Source of the DNA: Malacoraja senta | Taxonomy: Eukaryota | Reading direction: 5' to 3' | Length of the DNA: 64,000 nt | Assembly (NCBI GenBank): GCA_038087875.1 | Contig: JAXLNO010000385.1 | Coordinates: 1 to 64,000 of the forward strand | Shown here: one piece after another, positions 34,979 through 48,978 of the stretch | How the letters are laid out: the number at the start of each line of letters is the position of its first letter | How positions within the stretch are numbered: position 1 is the stretch's first letter | The notes under the pieces: model-generated | The model's input: the letters and a program-made list of their open reading frames with translations, nothing else | What the model was told of the DNA's origin: nothing | Database searches by the model: none | Made by a program: the position numbers and the translations under genes

Positions 34979-35254
34979 TTGGTGTGATACAGCGTGGAAC
35001 AGGCCCTTCGGCCCAACGTCCAAACCGACCAACGTGTCCCAGTTGCACTAGTCCCTGGCGTCTGGTCCATATACCTCCAATCCCGTCCTATCGGTGTAAC
35101 CTTGTGGCGATTTCTTAAACGTTGTGATAGTCCCAACCTTAACTATCTCCTCTGGCAGCTAGTTCCATCCACCCACCACCCTCTGTGTGGAAACGTTACT
35201 CCTAGATTCCTATTAACTCGTTTTGTCCTTCACCTTGCATCAACGTCGTCTGGT

Positions 35255-35571
35255 CAGGCAAACGCCCCCGTTGCCATGCTGTGAAAACGGAGAGGATGAG
35301 AAGGAGTTTCTCCCAGAGGCCAGTAGGACTGTAAACTCCTATCTCACCAGGGACTAACTTTACTGAACCATTTTACTGTTGTGTGGTGTCTTTTTTAAAA
35401 TTGCTGTTTTTTCTTTTTTTCCTCCCACAAATATGTAATATGTGAATATGTGATTCTGTCCATTCTGTTTTGCAGTTTTTTGCACAAACCGCGAGCATTG
35501 CCACTTTCCATGTCACTGCACATCTCGTATGTGTATGTGACGAATAAACTTGACTTGACTTGACTTGACTT
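35255..35571 (+). mobile_element. Rex1/Babar-like LINE 3' end with (CTTGA)n tail
   Basis: ORF-end-like AGAAGGAGTTTCT.CCAGAGGCC, then GTGACGAATAAA(CTTGA)n. Confidence 0.6.
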
Positions 35572-35694
35572 GGTCCTCGATTCACCTACTCTGACCAATC
35601 TATAGGGAGGTTGCCCCGTGTGTATGGGCGCTGCCGACCCACAGCCCGTAACAGTGCGGCCGCACAGGGGGAGACGGGGCGGAGGGCGGCCGTG

Positions 35695-35902
<208 letters not shown>

Positions 35903-37976
35903 CGTAATCTATCTTCGATACTTAACTAAAACTCATCTTGTCCTCTTCAGGATTGCGCTGTATTTACATTTGCGCAAAGACGGTCCCCGATAACGCTACG
36001 ACCTACCTACTAAGGTTTCTTCCGATCGGTGGAATATTACAAAAGTTACGAAGGTTTAAAAATTGTAAGATCAACAGATTGGTCTTCTCTCCTGTCGGTC
36101 GCCGGGACGACCACGCCCCTTCCGGCACCCGCTGTCAATCACCGGGGAGAGGAGAATAAAGCAACGGAGGCCGTGCTGAGTCCGTGAGCCGCCCTGAGAC
36201 CCGCGGCCTCCCGAATCCGTCCCGAATCCGTCCCGAATCCGTCCCGCCGCCGTCCTGCCCCGCCCCAAAGCCGCCCCGAAGCCAGTGAGCGCCGAAGACG
36301 TCCCGAAGCCGGTGAGCCCCGAAGCCGCCTCAAAGCCGTCCCGAAGCCGTCCCGACGTCGGTGAGGCCGGAGCCGTCCCGAAGCCGGTGAGCCCCGCAGC
36401 CGCCGGGGAGCCTAGGACCCGCCCCGAGACGGGAAACCCCGGAGGCGGTCCGGAGTGGGGAGCGGTCCGGAGCCTGGCCGACTGCTGCAACCTCCAGATC
36501 CTGCGGAAGTAAGGAGTGAGTGTGGGGGGGGGGGATTGAGGGAGCCGGGCGCTGGCGGGGGCCGGGCGCTTGCCGGGGCACAGCACCACCGCACACACAT
36601 CCACGCACTCCCCTCCCCTAGCACACACCCCTCCCCAAACGTAGGCCACGATAGCGCCGCCACCCCCGGAAGCCGTCACCCACCCCGTCCCCAGCTGCAG
36701 GACTAGCCCAAGAAAAGTCCATTCGGCCCACAATTCCTGTACTAGCCCTCCGGAAACCAGTCCCTTCGACCCACAACACCTATACCAGCGATCCAGAAAC
36801 CCCCCACTCTGGCCCCCGCCTAAAGCCATTCCCCTCCCCCGGCGGCAGGACGCCCCCCCCCACTGTCCACCGACAGCCCCTGCCTGAAGCCGCCCCCCCC
36901 GGGTATATGTCGCTGCCCCCCCTCAACTGCCAGCCCCCGCCTGAAGCCGTTCCCCACCCACGGCTGTAGGACGCTCCACCCCGCCGCCGACAGCCCCCTC
37001 CTGAAGCCGTCCCCATCCCCTGATGCAGGCGCCTCATCCCGCCCTCCTACCCCGGCTGCGGGTCGCACGCCCCACTACCACCACCGGCCCCGACAGCCTC
37101 CGCCAGAAGCCATCCCCGTCCCCCTGCTGCAAGATCATCCCCCAAACCGTCCACGACAGCCCCCGCCTGAAGCCGCCCCCCCCCTCCCGGCTGCCGGATG
37201 CTCCCCTCTCCACCACCGGCTCCGACAGCCCCCGCCTGAAGCCGTCCCCCCCTCCCGGCTGCCGGATGTTCCCCTCTCCGCCACCGGCTCCGACAGCCCC
37301 CGTCTGAAGCCCTACCCCCACCCAACTGCCCCAGACAGCCGCCGCCTGAAGCCGTGCCACTCCCCCAGCTGTTGGACGCTCCCCCCCGTTAGCCCCCTCC
37401 TGAAGCCGTCCCAATCCCCCGGCTGCAGGATGTCCCTCCCCCAGCTGCAGGTCGCTCGCAACCGCCCACCCCCCAACCGGTCCCTGAGAGCCCCCGACTG
37501 AAGCCGTCCTCGTCCCCGGTTACAGGACGCTCCCGCTGCCCCCCAACTGAAGCTGTCCCCTTCCTCCAGCTACAAGACGCTCCCAGCAGCCCCCGCCTGA
37601 AGCCGTCCCCGTCCCCAGCTGCAGGACACTTCCCCCCCTCCGCCCCCACCGGCCCCCGCCTGAAACCGTCCGTGTCCCCAGCTGCAGGATGCACCCTACA
37701 GGCCCCCTCCTGTAGCCGGTGGGGAGCGGTAGCGGAAGGCCACGGCAGCGGAAGGCCACGGCAGCTGTAGGTCACGGCAGCGGCAGGTAGCGGAAGACCA
37801 CGGCAGCGGTAGCGGTTGGCCATGGCAGCTGTAGGTCACGGCAGCGGCAGGTAGCGGAAGGCCACGGCAGCTGTAGGTCACGGCAGCTGTAGGTCACGGC
37901 AGCGGCAGGTAGCGGAAGGCCACGGCAGCGGTAGCGGTTGGCCACGGCAGTGGTAGGTCACGGCAGCGCTACCTAG
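35903..37976 (+). mobile_element. Non-autonomous Helitron-like element filled with GC-rich minisatellites
   Basis: Starts at a TCTAT...ACTAAAACTC end next to (TCTA)n. Ends CTAG|T at 37973-37977, preceded by an inverted pair GGTAGCG...CGCTACC. No TIR or TSD seen. Internal repeats: CCGTCCCGAA, ~55-60-bp ACAGCCCCCGCCTGAAGCCG.. and GGCCACGGCAGC.. units. Confidence 0.6.
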
Positions 37977-38393
37977 TTTCAATTACAGACGAATATGCGA
38001 TTGAGAGAGGGAAAAGGCGACTATTCTCATTTGTGTTGAAAGTTGGAGAAGACGAGATTTGAAAGAATGAAGACGATGAAATTGTAATGCCAGAAGACAT
38101 GGTTCTATCAGCAAAAACATTGTATAGATTTCATCTATCCCGCATTTGACAATCCTGTAGAATTATTCTCCACTTCCGGTGGCGCTATGGAGGCTTGAGT
38201 CCAGCGCCAACTAGCTACGTGCCGAAGAAAATTGAAAACGGGAGAAAATCGGGTCTTACCTGCAGCGATCGCGATCTGAACGGCTGCCTGCCGCGTGACG
38301 TCATCAGGGGCGCGACTTAGACGGTATGTCGGTACAACGTTCCCCCACCTCCCGCGGGACACAAAAAAAAACGTTAAAGGGAAACCCCTACAG

Positions 38394-39384
38394 ATGGAAG
38401 AGGAAGGCCCAACTGAGGCCTCGGCCTCAGGTACAACGACTGCCCAGGAAGACCTTCCGAAGAAAACAAAGCAGAAAAATACTGAAAAGACTGAAATGGA
38501 TGATCTTAAAGCTTTTCTCACTGCTGAATTGAAAACCTTTGGAGTGAATTTTAATGAGGATTTTAAAGAGGAACTTAACTCTTTTAAGGTAGGTTTTAAA
38601 GCAGAAATGCTTTCTACCGTTCAAGAAATACTGGAAGTCTGGAAGAGGTCAAGGGAGGAGGAGGTCAAGGAACAGATGGAAGTGCTGGAAGCAAGACTCG
38701 TTTCGGTGGAAACGAGCGTTAAAATGGAGGTGGATCCGATTCATCATGAACTCGAACAACATAGAACAGCGATAACCGAACTTGAGAAATGGGCGGCGAC
38801 AAGTGGGGAAACTGTAGGTCGACTCATTACTGAAAACCAACGCCTCACCGATATGGTGATCAAATTAAGTGATAAATGTACCGATTTGGAGGGGCGTCAA
38901 AGACGTAAGAATCTAAGAATTCTATGGGGTGAAAGAAGGAAGCGAGAGGGAAATGGGCCCTCGGGATTTTGTGGCAGACCTACTACAAAAAGTCTTACAA
39001 TTGGATCAAAAACCTTCACTCGGTCGAGCTCATAGAGCGCAGCGGCGTCGTACACAAGATGATGCCCATCCAAGACAAATTATCGTAAAGGTGCAACTGG
39101 ATCATGAATTTGACGAAATAATGAAGAAAATTGTCCGAGGCGGACAGCTCCACTTTGAAGGTGCGAGGTTCAGTATCTACCGAGATTATCCAGCAGAGGT
39201 CTTCAAAAAAAGGGCGCTGTTCACTGAGACAAAAAGAATACTGAAGAATGTACCTGATTTGAGATACGGCCTGCTCTACCCCGCAAGACTAAGAGTCACC
39301 TACAAGAACAAGGAGCGATGTTTTACAGACCATGAAAAAGGACTGGAATTCGCCAAAGAAATTGGGAACTTGACCGCTGTCTGA
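38394..39384 (+). pseudogene. L1 ORF1p-like protein (coiled coil plus RRM/CTD), one frameshift near 38925
   Basis: DLEGRQRRKNLRI, RAHR, PRQIIVK, IYRDY, YGLLYPARLRV motifs split over ORFs 38295-39035 and 38929-39384. Confidence 0.88.
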
Positions 39385-40315
39385 AGAATTTACATTACTC
39401 TTCAGGAGTCAAGGATTAACGGGACCGCCAGATCTAAAAGGATCTTTAAGGTTCTTTTAAGAGCTTTAAGGACATTTGATAACCGAATGGACGGTGGACA
39501 TTGGAGATAACCGTGGGGTTTTTTTTTCCCTTTTTTAAAAATTATTTTTTAAATTTTTTTTATGAATCACTATTATTATCTGTATATTCATATCTAACTA
39601 TATATGTAATAACTAATACTTATTAAATATCTATATTACTACTAAAATTATTAACATTTATATTACTCATAAAAATATAATACTGGGTATGATTGATAAC
39701 AATGATTAATAACTAATTATTTTTCAATTTAAAATTAAATTTATAGAGTTAGCGAGGATATTAATATGATATGTAGAGTATATCAACATTATGAATTTAT
39801 GCTGTTATTGGACGTTTCTGCAGGGATACGTGCTTGTGTATGTATGCATGTGGGTATATATATATATATATATATGTATATGTATGTGTATGTATATATG
39901 TATATGTGTGCGTATATGTGGGTATGTGTATATGTTTGTTACTCCCAAAGAAATTATTTGATTATTGGAAATAATATATATATATATATATATTTTTCGG
40001 CACGGAGCTGGGAATTTTTTTTTACAAAGGCTACGGAAGTCTTTAGAATTCTAGCCACGTTAGTGTGGCTATCACTAACTACACTAATTGTAGATGTAGT
40101 TTTTTTTCTTTCACACTATACTAACCAACTCTATCACTTTTTTCACTTTAAATATTTTTATAACTTAAGGTTTGATTGGAAAAACAATAATAATACAAGA
40201 TGTGTTCGGAAGAACGATGTATATGATTCTAAATTCATCTATTTGAGGCTCAGGAGCAAGGTCAGGTTTTATGTGCTGCACCTTCTGCTCGGTTATAGAC
40301 CACCTTAGAAATAAT

Positions 40316-43300
40316 ATGCAAGACGTTAATATGACAAGTGGGGGTCAGGGAATAACATTTTGCAGTTGGAATGTCAAGGGAATCAATGAACCAATTAAGA
40401 GAGGTAAAGTCTTGGCACATTTAAATTTAATTAAAGCAGATATTATATTCCTTCAAGAAACACACCTTAAAAAGGAATCCCAACACAGACTTAAAGCTAA
40501 GTGGATCGCTGAATCATATCATTCCTCCTTTTCCCATAAGTCCAGAGGAGTTTCAATAATAATTCGTAAAGGAATACCTTTTACGAATTTATCAACAATA
40601 GCGGATATTGATGGTAGATATATTATATTAGTTGGAGAGCTGAATGGAGAAAAAGTGATTCTTCTGAATGTATATGGGCCTAATTTTGATAACCCTATGT
40701 TCTTTAATAAAACATTTAATAATATTCCTGAATTTACACAATATAAATTAATAATTGGAGGAGACTTCAACTGTACATTAGATTCATACTTAGATAGATC
40801 ATCAAGGCAAAAAAAAGTAAAATCTCAATCAAGTGTATTTCTAAATTCATTTATTAATACCACTAATATTAAAGATGTCTGGAGAATAGAAAATCCAACT
40901 GGACGGGAATATTCATTTTACTCTCCAGTACACAAAACATACTCAAGAATAGATTATTTTTTAGTTGACTCCACGTTTATCCCATTTACTTATAACTCAA
41001 AATACCATAATATTATAATCTCAGACCACGCACCTGTAACATTTATGATTAAATTAAATGGATTGTCAGAGAAACAAACATATTGGAGATTTAACCCACA
41101 AATCTTGAACGAAAGATCATGCCAGGAATATATTATCAAACAGATACAAATATTTTTTGAGGTAAATGATAACCCTGACACACCTACTTCTCTTATGTGG
41201 GAAACGTTTAAAGCGTTTGTTCGAGGTGCATTAATCTCTGCTCAAGTATTTTATAATAAAGAGAACAGGATTAAACAACAAACATTGGAAAGGGAAATCA
41301 AACAACTAGATTTAGACAATGCGAGAATGCCATCTATTTCAAAACATAATAAAATTGCAGTATTGAAATATAAATTAAATAAAATGTATTCAGAACAAGT
41401 AATAAAACGTTATCAAAAAACCAAACAATTACATTTTGAATTTGGAGACAAACCACAAAAACTATTAGCACGTCAGTTACGAAAAATGGAAGGGGAAAAA
41501 ATAATTCATAAAATTAGAACAGAGACAGGAGAATTATTAAAAATGCCCAAGGACATAAATGAAAGATTTCTCCAATACTATCATAACCTTTATTCAACTA
41601 AAGCTGTAACACAAAAGGAAGGAATAGCAGATTTTTCACTAAAATGTAATTTAAAAGGTTTAGATTCAAATGATAGAGAATTATTAGAAAGGGAGATTAC
41701 GATAAAGGATATTGAGGAGTCTATTGGCTCTTTAAAAAATGGTAAAGCAGTAGGACCAGATGGTTTAGGCTCTAAATTTTATTAAAAAATTTATGACTTG
41801 CTATGCCCACGTTTACAAAGACTGTATGAGCATATATATACTCAACAGAAACTCCCAGATACTTTAAATGAATCTATAATAACACTTATTCCTAAAGCTG
41901 ATAAAGATCCGGAAGATCCGCGATCATATAGAGCAATTGCACTTTTAAATACAGATCAGAAAATATTAACTAAAATACTAGCGCATAGATTAAGTACAGT
42001 GATGAATAAAATAATACACCCTGACCAAACAGGCTTTATTCAGAAACGGTACTCATATTATAATCTAAGAAGATTATTTAATATTATTTATTCTAAGAGA
42101 ATGATTAATGAAGATTTAGCAATAATCTCACTCGATGCTGAAAAAGCATTTGATCAGGTTGAATGGTCTTATTTATTCTCAGTGATGGAAAATATGCAAC
42201 TAGGGGAGAAATTCTGTATATGGATAAAACTGTTATATACAAATCCTACGGCTAGAATATTAACAAATCAAAGGTTGTCACCAAAATTCAGCCTATCTAG
42301 AGGTTGTAGACAAGGATGCCCGTTATCTCCATGATTATTTGCTTTAGCTATTGAACCACTTGCAGAAAGACTTAGGGGTCATCCGGAAATAGATGGGTAT
42401 ATCACAAAGGACACAGTGAATAAAATTTCTCTATACGCAGATGATGTACTAATTTACATTACAAAACCAGAAATTAGTATTCCAAACTTATTAGAGCTAA
42501 TAACCCAATTTGGGTCACTCTCAGGATACAGAATAAATTGGAATAAAAGTGAACTTATGCCAATAAGGGAACATAACAAACACATAATACAACAATTTCC
42601 ATTTAAAATAGTAAACGAAAAATTTAAATACCTAGGTATCTATGTAACTAAGATATATACATCATTATTTAAAGCAAACTTTCCCCCACTACTGAATAAA
42701 CTACATAAGAATATTCAATACTGGAAAACACTCCCTATTTCAATGATTGGCAAAATTAATGCCATAAAAATGATTTTTTTACCGCAAATATTATACCTTT
42801 TTCAGACAATTCCGATATATTTGTCAAAAAACTTTTTTAAAAAATTGGACTCTATTGTTAATGATTTTATCTGGGATTATAAGAACCATAGGATAAAAAA
42901 ATACATTTGTGTAAATCAAAAATAAATGGAGGTTTGGTTTTACCCAACTTTCTGTTTTATTTTTGGGCAGTTAATATTAAAAATATGAATTTCTGGTTGG
43001 AAGAAATAGAACAACAACCAGATTGGTTAAAAATGGAAAAGGAAGACTGTTTGCCTTTTGATATCGGGTCGATATTATTTGCTACATTAAATTAAACAAA
43101 AAAATTTATAGGGAAAACCCTATAATATTTAGTACCATACGAATTTGGAAACAATTAAAAAAGACATTAAAATTAGATAATTTATCACTATTTCTCCCGA
43201 TTGTGAATAACCCTTTGTTTAAACCCTCATGGTTGGACAGGGGTTTTACACAATGGAAGAATTATGGAATTAAAAATATGGGACAACTTTATAAGGAAGG

Positions 43301-44129
43301 CACTTTTCTGACATTTCAGGAGTTGCAACAGACTTACGGACTTCGAGGAAATGATTATTTCAGATATCTTCAACTCAGAGATTATGTAAAATCGAATACT
43401 CAAAACTTTCGAATTAGAAATTCAGAAATTCTTGACGAATGTTGGAATAAACATCCTAATACAGAAAAATTAATATCTTATATATATAATATCTTATTAG
43501 ACAGTGACATTCCATCGACGGACTTACACAGACAAACATGGGAAAAAGAATTAAATGAAATAATAACGAAAGATACTTGGGAAGAAAGTTTACAACAGAT
43601 ACATCAGTGTTCATTTAATGCCAGAATTTCTTTAATACAATTTAAAGTAATACATAGATTACATTATTCAAAAACAAAATTACATATAATCTTTCAACAT
43701 ATCTCACCTATATGTGATAAATGCCAACATTTAGAAGCTACCTTATCTCATATGTTTGCAAACTGTACAAAAATTAAAAAATTCTGGGTAAATATTTTTA
43801 GTATAATATCTAAAGTGACCAGCACACAAGTGGACCCGGATTCAAAATTTATAATACTCGGAACATCAGAATTAAATCAAACATTTACAACAACACAAAG
43901 AAACTTTATTGATTATAGTATAATAACAGGAAAAAAATTAATTCTAAAATTTTGGAAAGGCCCTACGGCCCCCACAATCAAAATGTGGATTATAGAAATG
44001 ACGGAGACCTTAAACGTGGAAAGAATCAGATTTTCCCTGTTGGATAAACAGGAAGTATTCGTTGGAACATGGTCTCCCTTTATTGATTATTTAAAGGGTC
44101 AGAATGGTTCAGCACGGGAACCTGACTAA
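40316..44129 (+). pseudogene. L1 ORF2p (APE endonuclease, reverse transcriptase, C-terminal Cys domain), disrupted
   Basis: SWNVKG, FLQETH, GGDFN, SRIDYF, SDHAPV; GPDG, QTGF, DAEKAFD, RQGCPLSP, YADD; CDKC...H...C. Breaks near 41785, 42333 (in-frame TGA), 42900 and 43090. Confidence 0.93.
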
Positions 44130-45329
44130 TGCTCGGGCTAAAAAATGGATGAAATGCTATATTCTGAAATGTACGAATATATCTCAAATGAAGTGTTTTA
44201 TGTTAATACATTTTTCCACTCTTCTTTAACTATCTTTCTCTTTTGTTTTGTTTTTTTGTTTTGTGTTTCTTGTTTTTTGTTAAAAAATTTTAAATGTTTT
44301 TTTTATTTTTCTCTCTCTTTTTCTTCTCTTTCTTTTCTTTCTTTACTTCATCTATCTTTTTAGTTCTATCTAGTTTAAAATAAAAAAAAACAAAAAGGTA
44401 AAAGGTATTGGAGACAATGTAATAATAATTGATAATATTATCAATTTAAAAATGTAAGACTGTAATGATGTTAATAGGTTATGTACTTATCTCCAATAAA
44501 AAATATTTTCAAAAAACAAAACAAAAAAACAAAGGAATAATAACTGGGCAGGCCGATGACAGAGCACATGAGTGAATCCAGTGCTGTGCAAATGTTCATG
44601 AGAACAACAGGGAAACAGGCCCTTCGGCCCGATTCATCCATGCAGATTGAGATGCCTATGAGGCATGATGTCCATGATGTGAATGAGATTATAGGTGATC
44701 TCATTCACTTGTATTTGTCTCATATCATTTGGACAAACGGCTGTCCAAATGCTGTTTATTTGCTGTGACGGTATCTGCCCCCACCACCACGTTGGTACGG
44801 AATACCTGCCTGCCCATCAAACTTCCCTTAAATCTGTGCCCTTTCGAATAAACGTAAATTCTGTGGGTTTAGATTCTGCCAGCCTGGGAAATAGCTGTCA
44901 CCATCTACTTAATCCTGCTGTAGCTGACATAATTTCACGAGCCTCGGTAAGGTCACCCCTCTGAATTTTTGCTCCAAAGAGACCAATCCCACCCGATCCA
45001 ATCTGTCTTCCAACCTAACGCTGTCCATTCCAGATAACATCCTGGTGAATCTGTTCCGGACTGCCTCTGGCAGTAGGACATCATTTCGATAATATGGTGA
45101 CCAGAACTATACAAAAGGGCCTGGCAGATATTTGAACTGATGAGAGCGCTGCACTTGGAGGGGCAGTTAAGTCTTGATTTTTCTTTATTACGATGTTCAG
45201 CTGTAGTGCAAGTGTGTTGAAAACCGGAGGCAGATGTGAAGTGACACCATCAGTGAGTCCAGAGATGTCAGTTCCGATGAGCTGTAACCGTGGGAAAATG
45301 TGAAGTAACTGTAAAACAGAGGGATCGAG

Positions 45330-46243
45330 GACAATAGACAATAGACAATAGACAATAGACAATAGACAATAGACAATAGACAATAGACAACAGGTGCAGG
45401 AGTAGGCCATTTGGCCCATAGAGTCAGCACCACCATTCAATGTGATCATGGCTGATCATCCACAATCAGTTCCCCATTCCTGCCTTCTCCCCATATCCCC
45501 TGACTCCGCTATTTTTCAGAGCCCTATCTAGCTCTCTTGAAAACATCCATAGAACATCCCTCCTCCATCCAGAGCACTCCACAGACTCACCACTCTCTGT
45601 GAGAAAAAGTGTTTCTTCGTCTCCGTTCTAAATGGCTTACTCCTTATTTTTAAACTGTGCGTGGCCCCTGGTTCTGGACTCCCCCAACATCGGGAACATG
45701 TTTCCTGCCTCTAGCGTGTCCAAGCCCTTACAATCTGATATGTTTCAATGAGATCCCCTCTCATCGTTCTAAACTCCAGAGTGTACAATCCCAGCCGCTC
45801 CATTCTCTCAGCATATGGCAGTCCCACCATCGCGGGAATTACCCTTGTAAACCTACGCTGGGCTCCGTCAATAGCAAGAATGCCCTTCCTCAAATTAGGG
45901 GACCAAAACTGCGCACAATACTCCACGTGTGGTCTCATTAGGGCTCTGTACAACTGCAGAAGGACCTCTTTGCTCCTATATTCGATTCCTCTTGTTATAA
46001 AGGCCAACATGCAATTCGCCTTCTTCACTGCCTGCTGTACCTGCATGCTTACTTTCATTGACTGATGAACAAGGACCCCCAGATCCCGCTGTACTTCCCC
46101 TTTTCCCAACTTGTTGCCATTTAATTAGTAATCTGCCTTCCTGTTTTTGCTACTAAAGTGGATAACCTCACATTTATCCGCATTAAACTTCATCTGCCAT
46201 GCATCTGCCCGCTCCACCAAGCTGCCCAAGTCACCCTGCATTC
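45330..46243 (-). mobile_element. CR1 LINE 3' portion with (ACAATAG)n tail (second copy ~48977-49861)
   Basis: QRDLGVLVH...VKKAN...LYRALMRPHVEYCAQFWSP...RGDLIETY. Confidence 0.92.
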
Positions 46244-46469
46244 GTTGACGACAGGTACATAGTGGTTTGCATCACAGGTAGATAAGGTGGTCAAAAATGC
46301 TTTCGGCACATTAGCCTTCATCTGTCAGAGCATTGAGTACAGACACTGGGAGGCCATGTTGCAGTTGTATCAGACGCGGGTGAGGCAGCATTTAGAGTAT
46401 TATGTTCAGTTGTAGGCACATTGGTATCGGTAAATGGTGTCAAGCTGGAAAGGGCGTCGAGAATGTGTA

Positions 46470-46628
46470 GGAAAGAACTGCAGATCGGGTTTTAATCGAA
46501 GGTAGACACAAAATGCTGGAGTAACTCAGCGGGTCAGTATGAAGAAGGGTCTCGACCCGAAACGTCACCCATTCCTTCTCTCCAGAGATGCTGCCTGACC
46601 CACCGAGTTACTCCAGCATTTTGTGTCT
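46470..46628. mobile_element. Palindromic Penelope-derived element with one hammerhead-like core (second copy ~50088-50246), inserted in an older plus-strand CR1 fragment
   Basis: AGACACAAAATGCTGGAGTAACTC.G.GGGTCAG is inverted at 46595-46628. Core ATGAAGA-A-GGGTCTCGACCC-GAAA-CGTC has C3 changed to A. Confidence 0.8.
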
Positions 46629-46807
46629 GATGACTTAGAGAAGATTTACGAGGATGTTGCCAGGACACGATGGCATGATCTAGAGGAAGAGATATTATCA
46701 TTGTTATTTTCATTTCAAATGTTCGACATTGAAGGATTACCGCAGGTTCAGTATCCACAATTAATCTCGTCTGTAATGAGCACTAATTCCATCTTGTTGC
46801 TCTATTT

Positions 46808-47363
46808 GTCAAGGAGGACTCTCTCTAACTTCTACAGGTGTACAGTAGAGAGCATGTTGACCGGTTGCATCGGGGCTTGGTTCGGCAACTTGAGCGCCCT
46901 GGAGAGGTAAAGACTACAAAAAGTAGTAAACACTGCCCAGTCCATCATCGGCTCTGACCTCCCTTCCATCGAGGGGATCTATCGCAGTCGCTGCCTCAAA
47001 AAGGCTGGCAGTATCATCAAGGACCCACACCATCCTGGCCACACACTCATCTCCCCGCTACCTTCAGGTAGAAGGTACAGGAGCCTGAAGACTGCAACGA
47101 CCAGGTTCAGGAATAGCTACTTCCCCACAGCTACCAGGCTATTAAACCTGGCTCGGACAAAACACTGAACTTTATTAGCCAATTAACTGTTATTTGCACT
47201 TAATCAGTATATTGATTCATGTGCGTATATATTTATATAATGGTATATGGACACACTGATCTGTTTTGTAATCAATGCCTACTATGTTCTGTGTGCTGAA
47301 GCAAAGCAAGAATTTCATTGTCCTATCAGGGACACATGACAATAAACTCACTTGAACTTGAAC
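46808..47363 (+). mobile_element. Rex1/Babar-clade LINE 3' end (second copy ~50426-50981)
   Basis: NFYRCTVESMLTGCI..WFGN, HPGH, SGRRYRSL, RFRNSYFPTA; 3' hairpin, ATGACAATAAA and (CTTGAA)n tail. Confidence 0.85.
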
Positions 47364-47889
47364 TATCCACGCTGGTAAACACGGCAGGTGTAGATGCATT
47401 CATTTGTTATTTTTTATCTTAATTTACAGTAGTTAAGTGCCTCTCTCCGGCATTCAATTTAAAGAATAACACATAATGCTGAAAATTAAAATGTAGCTTC
47501 ATGTCTGAGAAAGGGGTTGTTGGGGTAACTGTGCTGTGCCCTTCGCTCAGTGGGGAATATTAGTTCCAGCCGGTGAACACAAGTCGAGACTCTGTTCAAC
47601 CTGCAGTTTATTTTGTAGTGTACTACTTCAGACCAGTCGACAGGTAGATGTGAATTCAAACCCACAGACCAGACAGCAAGGTCGGTCTGAGAATAAGTGT
47701 ACAACTCATCAGAATTCCCACATATTCTGCCCGTTATATCCCTCTCATGATCTTCCGCACCTCTATAATATCACCCTTCTTCCTCCTGCGCTTCAAGGAA
47801 TAGGGTTCCTGCCTACTCAACCATTCCCCCATGGGCCAGTACCTGGCTGCATCCTTGTAAAATGTATCTGTTAAGTTTCTAGTTTCTAT

Positions 47890-48978
47890 ATGGGATTATA
47901 GAGCACACAGAATTCAACGAAAGCATTTGTGTAAACCTAAAGAAGCTGGGGGTTTATCACTACCTAACTTTACGTATTACTACTGGGCAGTGCATATTAA
48001 GAACATAATGTACTGGTTGGATAGTTCCACTCACCAGTCGGAGTGGATAAGAATGGAAAAAGAGGAGTGTTTCCCGTACGATATAGGAACGATCTTGTTC
48101 TCACCAATAAAATTGAATAATATAATATATAAGAAGAACCCAATTATTCACAATACAATAAGAATTTGGAAACAAGTCAAATTATCCTTGAAATTAAATA
48201 ATCTATCAGTATTAACCCCAATTCTGAATAATCCTGCATTCAAACCATCTCTTATCGACAAAACATATACACAATGGGATAGATTGGGGATTGGGAAAGT
48301 AGAAGATATGTATGAACTGGGAAAATTGTTATCATTTCAACAATTAAAATTTAAATTTAAACTGAATGATAATCAATATTTTAAATATATACAGATATGT
48401 GACTTTATGAAGAAATATATACATTGATCTCAAACTATATTTTAGACCCTTTAGAAGAAGCAATGAATATTAAGGCTGATTCAGAAAAACTAATATCATA
48501 TTTTTATAATAGTATATTAAATAGAGAATTACCCTCAACAGAGGCACTAAGAGAAGATTGGGAACATGAACTAATGATAAAGATCCCGAAAGATAGATGG
48601 GAAAAGTATCTGATGAATACACATAATTGTTCCATTAATGCAAGACATAATTTAATTCAATTTAAATTATTACATAGACTATATTATTCAAAAACGAGGT
48701 TGAATAAATTTTACCCAAATGTCTCTCCCAGATGCGATAAATGTTTGTTTGAAAATGCCAATATAACACATTCATTTGTAGGATGTACAAAGTTGAATAC
48801 ATTTTGGAGCGATATATTTGATATATTTACAAAGCTCTTCAAGTCAAGAATAGAACCTAATATGGAATGGATTATATTTGGAATAATATTAGAAGATAGC
48901 AATTTAAACAAAGACCAAAAAGTATTCTTTAATTATGGGTTAATAATTGGAAAGAAATTGATACTTACATTTTGGAAA
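47890..48978 (+). mobile_element. L1-clade ORF2 3' fragment, cut by the duplication junction
   Basis: GGLSLPNF..YYWA, QFKLLHRLYY, CDKC; stops abruptly at ...LTFWK. Confidence 0.9.

Larger units (their letters stand above)
38171..44533 (+). mobile_element. Near-full-length L1/Tx1-clade LINE with ORF1 and ORF2, inactivated by a few frameshifts and stops
   Basis: GC-rich 5' end CACTTCCGGTGGCGC; ORF1 and ORF2 motifs (see below); T-rich 3' UTR; AATAAA near 44495; A-rich tail. Confidence 0.95.

Noticed and set aside
36071..37881. GC-rich ORFs and CpG-island-like composition
   Set aside because: Explained by minisatellites inside the Helitron-like element; no recognisable domain.
38155..44545. Target-site duplication for the long L1
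   Set aside because: Flanks (AGAATTATTCTC vs GGAATAATAACT) are only loosely similar; not supportable.
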